DNA of 64,000 nt from Planctomycetota bacterium (GTDB taxonomy: Bacteria; Planctomycetota; Planctomycetia; Pirellulales; Thermoguttaceae): NCBI GenBank assembly GCA_029550925.1, contig JAKPGL010000016.1, forward strand, positions 1,734-65,733, given 5' to 3'. A model generated the notes under the pieces. It worked only from the letters and a program-made list of their open reading frames with translations, was not told the origin of the DNA and did no database searches. Shown here one piece after another: positions 48,069 through 56,871 of this stretch; position 1 is the stretch's first letter; every line of letters starts with the position of its first letter. The position numbers and the translations under genes are program-made.

Positions 48069-50843
48069 ATGTCTGCGGAACGGATGCCGCAAGAAGAACC
48101 TTCGCTTTTGGCCAAGCCGATGGCTGCCCTGACCGCCTGGGCTGTCCGGTATCCGGTCCGGACGCTAGCGGTAGCCGCTGTTTTGGCCCTTCTTTGCACG
48201 GGGTTGTCGGCCCGCTTTCTCCGTCTGCACACGGCCCGCAGCGATCTGATCAATCCCCAAAGCCAGTATCACCGCTATTGGCTAGACTACACCCAAGAGT
48301 TTACGGATCAAGAGGACGTGGTGATCGTCGTGGAAGGGGAAACCGCTCAGCAGGTTACAATGGTAACCGAGGAAGTCATTGCCGCCTTAGAAAAACATCC
48401 TCAGTATTTTACTTCTATTTTGCACCGGATCGACTTTTCTCCTTTGCGGGCCAAGGGCTTGTATTATCTTCGGCCGGAGCAGTTAGAGAAGATTGAAAAA
48501 CGACTCCAGGAGGCGGAGCGACGGCTCGCCAACTTCCAGCAGATCGGGGATATTTCTCAGAGCGGAAGTACACCTCGTCTGTCCGTACCCGGGGGGAAAG
48601 TCGCCCTCGCTTCCGATCCGAAAGGTTTCCTTGGTTCTTCGTCCGGCCGAGTGTTGCTTCCTCCTCCGGTACGGTCTTCGCAGCCAGGCCGATTCTTTCC
48701 TTCCAAAACGTCTCCTCCCCAACAGGGCCTTGGTGGGGATGCTGGGGGCGAATCCGCTTTGGGCGCCGTTGGTTCGGTGTTGGAGGACTTGTCGCCTGAC
48801 GGGGCGGTCCTGCAATGGACCTCCGACGGTCTGACGAGTCCGGACGGGCGGATGGCGTTTGTCCTGCTTCGGCTGGTCAAAGAGGGCGAAGAGAAGTTCG
48901 CCCGGTATTCGGAACAGATTGACACGCTTCGACGAATGACGGCTCATCTTCGGCAGCGGCATCCGGGGGTGAGCATTGGGCTGACCGGTTTGCCGATCAT
49001 CGAAAACGATGAAATGCGGGCCAGTGAAATCTCTTCTGCCCGATCTAGCATCCTGGCCCTGGTGGGGGTGATGGTGGTATTTGTGATGGGGTTTGGTGGG
49101 CTTCGGCATCCGCTGTTGGCCAACGCCGCCTTAATGTGTGGGATGATTTGGGCCTCGGGGTTTACGACGCTTTCCATCGGTCGGCTGAATATATTGAGCA
49201 TTGCCTTTGCGGCGATTTTGATAGGCCAAGGAGCGGATTTTGGGATTTATTACATTGCCCGGTATCTACAGCTTCGGAAGACCACCCAATTGCCGCCCGC
49301 CGAATCGCTGATCGAGACCGGTCGGACCGCCGGTCCGAGCATCGCCGACGGCGCCCTGGGTACCGCAGCCGCCTTCTTCATGGCCGGGCTTACCGATTTC
49401 CAAGGAGTGGCGGAATTAGGCGTCATTGCCGGCGGCGGCTTGATCCTGTGTTGGTTGGCCACCATGCTGGTCTTGCCGGCCATGGTCCGGTTGGTAGATG
49501 GTTCTCGGCTATTTCGTCGGTTGCCGGAACCGTTAGACCTATTACCGTGGTTTCGGCCTTTGTATTTTTCTCCCCGGCTGACTCTGACCGCCACGCTGGT
49601 GTTGACGGTCGTCTTAAGTGTGGGCATGAGCCGACTGTGGTATGACCATAATCTGTTTCATCTGTTGCCTACCGGATTGGAAAGTGCGGAGCTGGAACGG
49701 AAATTAGTAGCTCAAAGCGATAAAGCCGTATATTACGCCCTGTCGATCGCCGATAGCCGACAAGAGGTCCAAGAACGGAAAAAGCGTTTCTTGTCGCTTC
49801 CTTCGGTCCAGCGGGTGGAAGAAATAGCTTCCGTTTTGGCCGACGAGGCGGGGAAAAAACAACCGATCATTCTTCGCATCCGCCAAAGCGTCGAGAAGCT
49901 CAGCGCCCAACTGAGCCAGATGGAACGGTTCCTCGCCAGCGGCGAAAAAGCGGCGTCTGCAAGCCGTCTGGCGAGCCTCGGCAGGGCGTCCGGCAGCCAA
50001 GGGATGATTCCCTCGATGGAGGCGTACCTGGCGCAGCTTCGCGAGGGATTGGAGAAATTGGCCGCTGCCGCCCATCCCGATCCACCTCGCTTGGAAGACC
50101 TGCCTCGGGGGCTCACGGATCGGTTTGTGGGTCGCCACGGCCGCCATCTGATGAAAGTCTATAGCAAAGCGGACATCTGGGACCTGGAAGGAATGACCCA
50201 ATTCGTCCAGGAAATCCGCAGTGTGGACCCCCGGGCCACCGGCAACCCCGTTCAAATCTACGAAGCAAGCCGACAAATGAAACAAAGTTTCCTCCAGGCC
50301 GCCTTTTACGCCTCGTTGGTCATTGTGCCCCTGCTCCTGTTCGATTTCCGCAACCTCCTGCACACTTTCTGGGCGCTGCTCCCGTTGGTGCTGGGCATGG
50401 TGCAGATGTTTGGGCTGATGGGTTGGCTCAATATTCCCTTCAACCCGGCCAACATGATCGTTTTGCCGATCATCCTGGGCATCGGCATCGACAACGGCGT
50501 TCACATCGTCCACGACTTTTTGCAACAGGGCCGGGGCTATCGCCGCATGAGTTCTTCGACCTGCATGGCCATCGTGATCAACTCCCTGTGCAATATGGTG
50601 GGCTTTGGCAGCCTGATGATCGCCAGCCATCAGGGATTGCAAAGCCTCGGTCGGGTGCTGACGATCGGGATGGCCTGCATCTTGGCCAATTCGCTGGTCT
50701 TGCCGAACCTTTTGGTCCTGTATCAGCGTCGGCAAACCGGGGAAGATTCTACGGGAAAAGAGACGCCCGTCTTGGCGGCCATTCCGGATGTGTCCGAAGG
50801 AGCGACTGCCGCCCCGGTCCCGCCCCAACGCCAGGCCGCATGA
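48069..50843 (+). CDS. MMPL/RND-superfamily transporter (second paralogue)
   Basis: 924 aa with the same two-block topology as 44427-46940. The first loop carries a low-complexity Ser/Pro/Gly insert. Confidence 0.8.
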   Translation: MSAERMPQEEPSLLAKPMAALTAWAVRYPVRTLAVAAVLALLCTGLSARFLRLHTARSDLINPQSQYHRYWLDYTQEFTDQEDVVIVVEGETAQQVTMVTEEVIAALEKHPQYFTSILHRIDFSPLRAKGLYYLRPEQLEKIEKRLQEAERRLANFQQIGDISQSGSTPRLSVPGGKVALASDPKGFLGSSSGRVLLPPPVRSSQPGRFFPSKTSPPQQGLGGDAGGESALGAVGSVLEDLSPDGAVLQWTSDGLTSPDGRMAFVLLRLVKEGEEKFARYSEQIDTLRRMTAHLRQRHPGVSIGLTGLPIIENDEMRASEISSARSSILALVGVMVVFVMGFGGLRHPLLANAALMCGMIWASGFTTLSIGRLNILSIAFAAILIGQGADFGIYYIARYLQLRKTTQLPPAESLIETGRTAGPSIADGALGTAAAFFMAGLTDFQGVAELGVIAGGGLILCWLATMLVLPAMVRLVDGSRLFRRLPEPLDLLPWFRPLYFSPRLTLTATLVLTVVLSVGMSRLWYDHNLFHLLPTGLESAELERKLVAQSDKAVYYALSIADSRQEVQERKKRFLSLPSVQRVEEIASVLADEAGKKQPIILRIRQSVEKLSAQLSQMERFLASGEKAASASRLASLGRASGSQGMIPSMEAYLAQLREGLEKLAAAAHPDPPRLEDLPRGLTDRFVGRHGRHLMKVYSKADIWDLEGMTQFVQEIRSVDPRATGNPVQIYEASRQMKQSFLQAAFYASLVIVPLLLFDFRNLLHTFWALLPLVLGMVQMFGLMGWLNIPFNPANMIVLPIILGIGIDNGVHIVHDFLQQGRGYRRMSSSTCMAIVINSLCNMVGFGSLMIASHQGLQSLGRVLTIGMACILANSLVLPNLLVLYQRRQTGEDSTGKETPVLAAIPDVSEGATAAPVPPQRQAA

Positions 50844-50967
50844 CCTTCGCAAAGCCGGCGGCCTCGCCGCGAATCGGTCGGACGGATCGTCCCCTCTCTG
50901 CCCCTCTCTGCGCAGACCCCGAGCGATCGATCGTTCCAAAGAAATCGCCGACCTTAGCCAGCGCGGT

Positions 50968-52233
50968 TCATCGAGCGGAGAAAGCGATGCCTTCAATCTC
51001 GACGAGCAATTCCGGTCGGCAAACGTCGGCGATGGCGTAGATGGTGGGCAACTCTCCCAACCGCCGTTCGCACGCCCGCCGGACCACCGGATAATCCTCC
51101 GGTCGTTTGATATAGACCCGGACCAAGGCCAGCCCTTCCAACGGCGTCCCCAAGCCGGGCATCCCATGCCGAGCCAGGTTCTCCTCCGAAATGAGCGCCT
51201 GGATATTGTCCAGCGTCTCATGGGTCTGGGCTTCCGCATCTCCGATATGTCGAGTCTCGGAGCCGGTAATGCTGGCGGTGCCGGAAATCAAAATCGTGGC
51301 GTACGGCCCGCACGATAAGGCCATCGCCCGGGAAAACTTCGGACTTTTGATCCCGTATTTGACGGAGTATTGATAGGCCGAGGTCTGCCGAGGATTCTCT
51401 AGCGGGACAGCCCGAATATCCGATCGCTCCGTGGCAAAGGCGATGCAACTCATCAAGATGTCCCGACCGTCGGCGCCGATGCCGGTGCTGGCCGGATAAA
51501 CGTCCCCCTGAAAACTCGGCAGAACAATGTCCCGTGCGAAACGGAACGGCTCGTAGAAATCGGTGCGTGCCCGATTGAGTTCTTTGTAACGCTGCGTATC
51601 GCCTTCGGGGCCGACAATGTCGCCCAGGTAAAGCCAGGTGCGGATCACCTGCTCGAAATGGACGCCTTCCTGGGCCAAAAGGGCCTGCATTCGGCCGAAT
51701 GCATTCAAAGAGCGCTGATAGACGCTCGAAGCGTCGGTTTCCGGCTGGACCTGGGCCAGATGGATCCAACTGATCCCGTTATGGCGGGTAATGACCATCT
51801 GTTCGCTTCGGCGTTCGATCTGCACTTCGCCGAAGCCGCGACCTACGCCGAGGGCTTCGATGGCCAGCAATTTCCCGTCGCAGGGATGCTGGGGCACATA
51901 GGTGGTGGCGGGCAGTTCGTCGCCGTAGAAATCTCGCATGATCTGCCGACACTGGTCCGTCAAGCGGGCGTCGCTCAAAAAGACCGCCTGATGGACAATC
52001 GACCCCTTGGTGCTCTCTTCCTGAATCACAGCCTCCAAGGTTTTCAAGGCGTCGTGCGCCTGTTCGTGCAGGGTTTGTCCCGTCCGTGGCGTCGCCGCAG
52101 CATAGACATGCCGCACATCCTGCAACTCCACCACCGAATAGCCAATCCCCGCACTGGAACATTTGCGAATCATTTTCGGTCCCCAGAGGGGAGTCCGAAC
52201 AGCCGGTCGGCTCGAAGTCGTGTAGGTAGGCAT
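50968..52233 (-). CDS. RidA/YjgF-fold protein, possibly an FkbO/Hyg5-type chorismatase
   Basis: 421 aa. The C-terminal RidA-like end is VRVYIKRPEDY..ELLVEIEGIAF. The internal segment KSPKFSRAMAL and the length, about twice that of a RidA monomer, suggest a two-lobed chorismatase-like protein. Confidence 0.5.
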   Translation of the reverse strand: MPTYTTSSRPAVRTPLWGPKMIRKCSSAGIGYSVVELQDVRHVYAAATPRTGQTLHEQAHDALKTLEAVIQEESTKGSIVHQAVFLSDARLTDQCRQIMRDFYGDELPATTYVPQHPCDGKLLAIEALGVGRGFGEVQIERRSEQMVITRHNGISWIHLAQVQPETDASSVYQRSLNAFGRMQALLAQEGVHFEQVIRTWLYLGDIVGPEGDTQRYKELNRARTDFYEPFRFARDIVLPSFQGDVYPASTGIGADGRDILMSCIAFATERSDIRAVPLENPRQTSAYQYSVKYGIKSPKFSRAMALSCGPYATILISGTASITGSETRHIGDAEAQTHETLDNIQALISEENLARHGMPGLGTPLEGLALVRVYIKRPEDYPVVRRACERRLGELPTIYAIADVCRPELLVEIEGIAFSAR

Positions 52234-52531
52234 AGGTATTAGGCGGGAAAAAGAGGTAAGGCGGGAAGGAAATTCTACCTCTTAGTTTATCCAGCGGCGG
52301 GAAGTGTGTCAACACCCCTATATTCAAAAATTGAAACATTTTTAAAATATAGGAGGGTTGCCTTAAAATAATATCGGCAGGAGGGCACGCCCTACCGCCC
52401 TAATACCTCAGCCCCTCGGCAAAAAATGCCTATTTTACCCCTCTCCCCCGGCAGGCCAGACGCCGTTTGGCCTGTTGACGGGCAAGGGGGAAACGAGTTA
52501 CTTCATTCGACGGAACTGTTATAAAAAATGG

Positions 52532-52726
52532 GTAACACTTTAGCCGAATGCAGTACCTTGTCATTCCCGCGGAAGCGCCCAATCTAGGCTTCTTGCGGCC
52601 TCTACTTGGGAGAAATAACAACGTAGCCGCCTCCTAGGACCCTGGATTGAGAGCTTGCGCGGGAATGACAGTGCCGGGCAAAATTCGCCTAAAATAAGCC
52701 ACCTCTGCATTCGGCTAAAATGTTAC
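52532..52726 (+). mobile_element. MITE-like palindromic repeat, copy 5 (reference copy, 195 bp) with perfect 8-bp target-site duplication
   Basis: The terminal repeats GTAACACTTTAGCCGAATGCAG and CTGCATTCGGCTAAAATGTTAC match at 21 of 22 positions. AAAAATGG lies directly on both sides, at 52524-52531 and 52727-52734. The two arms are largely complementary, giving a long hairpin. Confidence 0.9.
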
Positions 52727-52781
52727 AAAAATGGATATTTCCTGCCATGCCGCCGGCGCATCCTTGGGAGAGAAACTCTCC

Positions 52782-53234
52782 ATGATTCGTTTGACCGATC
52801 ACCCCATCCAGGTCGAAGCCGTTCTCCAAGCCAGTCGATCCCCGGACGCCGGGGCCGTGGTCCTTTTCTTGGGGACCGTGCGATCTGAAAGCCAGGGCCA
52901 AACCGTGGCATGCCTGGAGTACGAGTGTTATTCCGAAATGGCCGAGCGGGTCCTCCACCAACTGGCCGACGAGGCCCGATCCCGTTGGACCCTTCAGGGC
53001 TGCGCGATAGTCCATCGAATAGGCCGAGTGGAGGTCGGCGAAATCAGCGTGGCGATTGCCTGCAGTGCGGCGCATCGCGCGCCCGCTTTCCAGGCTGCCC
53101 AGTGGTTGATCGACCAAATCAAACAACAGGCGCCCATTTGGAAAAAAGAAGTGTTCGCCGACGGCGCCGTCCGTTGGGTTGCCGGTCAGGAACCGGGGCG
53201 CACCCACCCCGTTGGACCAGGAGGTTCCCCATGA
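52782..53234 (+). CDS. moaE: Molybdopterin synthase catalytic subunit
   Basis: Internal ATG at 52782 (MIRLTDHPIQVEAVL). Motifs FLGTVR, AIVHRIGRVEVGEISVAIA and APIWKKE are present. The stop overlaps the moaA start (ATGA). Confidence 0.85.
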   Translation: MIRLTDHPIQVEAVLQASRSPDAGAVVLFLGTVRSESQGQTVACLEYECYSEMAERVLHQLADEARSRWTLQGCAIVHRIGRVEVGEISVAIACSAAHRAPAFQAAQWLIDQIKQQAPIWKKEVFADGAVRWVAGQEPGRTHPVGPGGSP

Positions 53235-54388
53235 ACCCGACGCTGGGCAATCCATCTTCCATCGGCGGACCGCAACGTTCGGCCCCCAACAAAGTCGCTC
53301 CGGCCGACGGCGGGGATGGTTTGATCGATCGATGGGGCCGACGCCACACGGACCTGCGAATCTCCGTAACCGACCGATGTAATCTTCGCTGTTTTTATTG
53401 TATGCCGCCGGAAGGTGTGCCGCTTTTGCCTCGTGAAGCCATCTTGGATTTCGACGAAATTGTCCGGGTCGTCCACGTTGCGGCGCGGTTGGGCGTTCGG
53501 AAAGTTCGGCTCACGGGCGGTGAACCACTGGTGCGGAAAAATCTTCCCGCCCTCATTGGACGATTGGCCGGCGAGGCGGGCCTCGCAGACCTAGCGATGA
53601 CGACCAACGGAACTCTTTTGGCTGACTACGCCCAGGAGCTTCGTCGGGCGGGGCTCCAAAGAGTAAACATCAGTTTAGACACCTTGGATCGTCGCCAGTT
53701 TCAAGCCCTCACCGGTCAAGACGCATTAGACCAAGTACTCCAAGGAATCGAGGCGGCCCAAGCAGCCGGGTTTTGGCCGATCAAACTCAACGCCCTGGCC
53801 ATTCGCGGCTTCAGCGAATCCCAAATCGTCCCCCTGGTTCGATTTGCTTTGGAGCGGGGTTTGGAAATCCGTTTTATCGAGTTTATGCCGATCGGAATCG
53901 TCAACCAATGGAGTCCAGAACGGGTGTTGCCCGCAGCGGCGATTCTGAGCATCCTTCGGCGAGAGTTTGGCTCGGTCGAACCTGTTGATTCTTGGGGACC
54001 GGCCGAGTCCGAAGCCGGCCGAGAAGAAGAAACCGCCTCGGCGGTTTCGTTGGTTGCGGCGACAGAAACTCGGCGTGGGGCCTCATTCCAGCCGCCCGCC
54101 CGATGTTATCTTCTGGGCGACGCCGGCGCCCGGATCGGAATCATCAGCTCGATGAGTCGGCCTTTTTGCCGCAGTTGCGGCCGATTACGCCTGAATGCGA
54201 TCGGAGAACTTCGCTATTGTTTGTTCGCCCAAAGAGGTTGGGACCTTCGCACTATATTACGCCGGGGCGGCGACGACGAGGAACTGATCCACATCTTTCG
54301 CGCCGCGGTCCAGGCCAAACCTTTACGCCCCAATACCCCCGGCCAACAACCTCAAACCCATCTTGCCATGTGTCAAATCGGAGGATAA
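53231..54388 (+). CDS. moaA: GTP 3',8-cyclase (radical SAM)
   Basis: ATG at 53231. Radical-SAM motif is CNLRCFYCMP. Also has RLTGGEPL and C-terminal Cys residues CRSCGRLRL. The ORF-track N-terminal extension (52910) overlaps moaE and is rejected. Confidence 0.85.
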   Translation: MNPTLGNPSSIGGPQRSAPNKVAPADGGDGLIDRWGRRHTDLRISVTDRCNLRCFYCMPPEGVPLLPREAILDFDEIVRVVHVAARLGVRKVRLTGGEPLVRKNLPALIGRLAGEAGLADLAMTTNGTLLADYAQELRRAGLQRVNISLDTLDRRQFQALTGQDALDQVLQGIEAAQAAGFWPIKLNALAIRGFSESQIVPLVRFALERGLEIRFIEFMPIGIVNQWSPERVLPAAAILSILRREFGSVEPVDSWGPAESEAGREEETASAVSLVAATETRRGASFQPPARCYLLGDAGARIGIISSMSRPFCRSCGRLRLNAIGELRYCLFAQRGWDLRTILRRGGDDEELIHIFRAAVQAKPLRPNTPGQQPQTHLAMCQIGG

Positions 54389-54391
54389 CCT

Positions 54392-54901
54392 TTGGACCCT
54401 CGCCCGTCGGCTCGAAAACGTCGAAAGTCTCCCTCAGAAAAGGTCTTCAGTTCGGTGAACGAGCAGCCGTGGTTCCATCAAGGACTCCGATTCCAATGCA
54501 CCGGATGCGGTCGGTGTTGTACGGGAGGACCGGGGTTTGTGTGGGTCAGCCCGGAGGAAATCCGCCGATTGGCGGTTCATCTGGACCTGCCGGTGGAGGA
54601 ATTCTTGAGGCACTATGTGCGAGTGCTAGGAAACCGCTATAGTTTGGTGGAACGCTCCAACGGCGATTGCGTCTTCTTGGACCCGCACCATCGGCGATGC
54701 ACCGTGTATTCGCTCCGTCCCAAGCAATGCCGGAGTTGGCCCTTTTGGCTTTCTAATCTTCGGACTCCCGCCGATTGGGAATACGTGCGGCGCATTTGTC
54801 CCGGTAGCGGCCAAGGCCCCCTTTTTACCCTCCAGCAGATTCAATCGTTATTATGGTGGAGCGGTCTGGAGAGCGACGAACCCTCCACCACGGACGGCTA
54901 A
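54392..54901 (+). CDS. YkgJ-family CxxCxxCC cysteine-cluster (putative Fe-S/Zn) protein
   Basis: The motif FQCTGCGRCCTG is present, with a second Cys region CVFLD..RCTVY..CRSWPFW. There is no ATG before the cluster, so the start is TTG 54392 or GTG 54455. The gene begins 3 nt after moaA. Confidence 0.7.
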   Translation: MDPRPSARKRRKSPSEKVFSSVNEQPWFHQGLRFQCTGCGRCCTGGPGFVWVSPEEIRRLAVHLDLPVEEFLRHYVRVLGNRYSLVERSNGDCVFLDPHHRRCTVYSLRPKQCRSWPFWLSNLRTPADWEYVRRICPGSGQGPLFTLQQIQSLLWWSGLESDEPSTTDG

Positions 54902-54945
54902 TCTCTCTGCCCGCCGAATTCTCCCACCTGACTTGGTAGCCCTTG

Positions 54946-55332
54946 GTAACATTTTAGCGATTAGCCAAACCCCCAAGCTGGTATTCCTGCGAAAACAGGA
55001 ATCTAGTACTCCACTACTCCACCACAGAGATTTTTTGGGGAAAAATGCTCCTCTTGGGATTCGATAGTCCGGGCGTCTTCTCTGAAAGATAGAGGGGATT
55101 TTCCAAAATTCCTCTGCGGTTTCTTTGCGTTTTCCGCGGTAAAGGATGTTCGGTTTCCCCGCAGAGAACATAGAGGGGCGCAGGGAAAAAAGAGAGTTAT
55201 ATCGGATTGCCCAAAATAGGGGGGTGAGCAGCTCCGGCCCCTCCCTTGCCCTCCCCGGCACTCAACAATCTCTGTAGTGAAGTAGTAGGGCGGGAGATCA
55301 GGGGATTAACGCTAAAAATTGGCTAAATTAAC
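54946..55332 (+). mobile_element. Longer (about 387 bp) relative of the MITE family
   Basis: The left end is GTAACATTTTAGCGATTAGCC and it carries the ATTCCTG-CGAAAA-CAGGAAT-CTAG hairpin module of the family. The right end is TTGGCTAAATTAAC (inverted). An inner inverted repeat pairs TACTCCACTACTCCACCACAGAGATT with AATCTCTGTAGTGAAGTAGTA. The roughly 230-bp core is unrelated to the other copies. Confidence 0.5.
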
Positions 55333-55672
55333 CGTATTGAGGGGAGTGGTTTTGCTTCTTCGGAGGGGCAATTGGGAGAAAGAGAAGTTACGTTTGGTAA
55401 CGAGTTTACCTTCTGGCTGGAGTTTTCCGACGGGAAAGCCGATATTTGTTTCCGCCCGAAATTTCGGCGGCTGCGATCTCGGAATGTCGATGTGTTGCCT
55501 CCCGTAAGGGGAGGATTACTTTAAGTCTTTATGGTAAAAGGACTTAGAGTTTCCTTTGTCGCCGAAAAGCCTGTTCTTTGACAATAAGGTTTCCGTGGGA
55601 CACCTCTCCAAGGGGGGCTGGGGTTTTCCCTCCTATTTTCCCTTAAAAATGTTCTGAAATCGAAAGCCGATC

Positions 55673-55701
55673 TTGACTTTAGTTATTACGCCATTTACAC
55701 T
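55673..55701 (+). promoter_or_regulatory. Candidate sigma-70-like promoter upstream of the HU gene
   Basis: TTGACT (55673-55678), a 17-nt spacer, then TACACT (55696-55701). This is about 70 nt upstream of the proposed GTG start at 55775. Sequence match only. Confidence 0.25.
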
Positions 55702-55774
55702 TGGAGCGTGATGAGTGGACGTAGTATTCCGGATCGGTTCGGTCTATCCGCCTCGGTTCTGGGAGGACAGTTTC

Positions 55775-56131
55775 GTGGTAACGAAAAAAGACATCGTTCG
55801 AGCCATTGCCGAAGAACTTGGCCTGACCCAATTAAAAACCAAGGAAATTGTGCAAAAAACTTTCGATGCCGTCATCGAAGCCTTGGTGCGAGAAGGTCGG
55901 ATTGAACTGCGGAATTTCGGCATCTTCGAGGTCAAACAACGGGCCGCTCGAAAAGCTCGGAACCCGAAAACCGGCGAAAAGGTCTATGTGCCCAAAAAGT
56001 TTGTCGTTACCTTTAAGCCGGGTAAGGAAATGCAACACCGGGTCCGCCATCGAGAACGTGCGGCCCAAAAAGCGGCTGCCTCCTCCCATCGGGGGACTGT
56101 TTCCGAACCGGTAGGTACCTCTTCCGGGTAA
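55775..56131 (+). CDS. HU/IHF-family DNA-binding protein with a C-terminal extension
   Basis: The GTG at 55775 lies 8 nt after GGGAGG. The sequence [68 protein letters not shown] is present. Confidence 0.8.
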   Translation: MVTKKDIVRAIAEELGLTQLKTKEIVQKTFDAVIEALVREGRIELRNFGIFEVKQRAARKARNPKTGEKVYVPKKFVVTFKPGKEMQHRVRHRERAAQKAAASSHRGTVSEPVGTSSG

Positions 56132-56525
56132 AATCTCCTCCCTCCAGAGGCAAGTTCATCTGCGTTTTTTCCCAAGGGGGTGCTCTTCTGAGAAAATACC
56201 CCCGTTGCCCCATGAGAGATGATGACGCCCTTTTGATCCCAAAGGACGCGGTAGGGGGCGAGCCGGACTGATTCTTTTTCTTTAAAAATTGCTCTCGGCG
56301 CAAAAAAATCTTTTTGGTACGTTTCTCCCCACTCTGGGCGATCGCTCCAGAGGATTCACTACCTTTCCCGTAGCAATAAATCGCTTTTCTAATTCCTTTG
56401 TCCAACCAGCAAGAGTGTGGGCTGGGGAAGGGATCGTTTTTCCTAGTCCATAGGGCTTTTCCTACGGAAAACCGTTCCCTTCACGCTCATGGTATATCGA
56501 AACTGTCTTGGAAGGAGAATAAGGT

Positions 56526-56744
56526 ATGCGGAAAGTGCTGTTCGCCATTGTTTCTGGATTGTTGCTGTGTACGGCCGTGGGGTGCATTATTCCGGGCTAT
56601 TCGGCCGATCCGGTCCGTCGCACGCAACAGTTGTTGTTTACGTCGGAAAATCTCCGGCTTCTGCTGGATGAATGGGAACGAATTTGGTTCCTGGATATGC
56701 CCGATCATTGCACGCCTTATCGGACCCACGGCGGGGTCATCTAA
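56526..56744 (+). CDS. Small lipoprotein (72 aa), hypothetical
   Basis: ATG follows GGAAGGAG. The lipobox is MRKVLFAIVSGLLLCTAVGC. Confidence 0.55.
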   Translation: MRKVLFAIVSGLLLCTAVGCIIPGYSADPVRRTQQLLFTSENLRLLLDEWERIWFLDMPDHCTPYRTHGGVI

Positions 56745-56871
56745 CAATAGCGCAGGCAGTTTCGTCGAAAGAGGGTTTCCTGGCCGCGCTTCTGCTGCCT
56801 GATAGGGCGGCGCTGCGGGGAGAATCCCTGGACTACTGCGCCCAGGTTTCGTCCAGAGAGAAAGAGAGAAG

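Noticed and set aside
52727-52781. A Moco riboswitch upstream of moaE.
   Set aside because: Only about 55 nt separate the MITE from the moaE start. I could not see the conserved Moco-RNA helices, and the upstream sequence belongs to the mobile repeat.
56145-56170. A possible intrinsic terminator after the HU gene (CAGAGG-CAAGTT-CATCTG followed by CGTTTTTT).
   Set aside because: The stem is only 6 bp with a mismatch. The T-tract is suggestive, but the structure is too weak to call from sequence alone.
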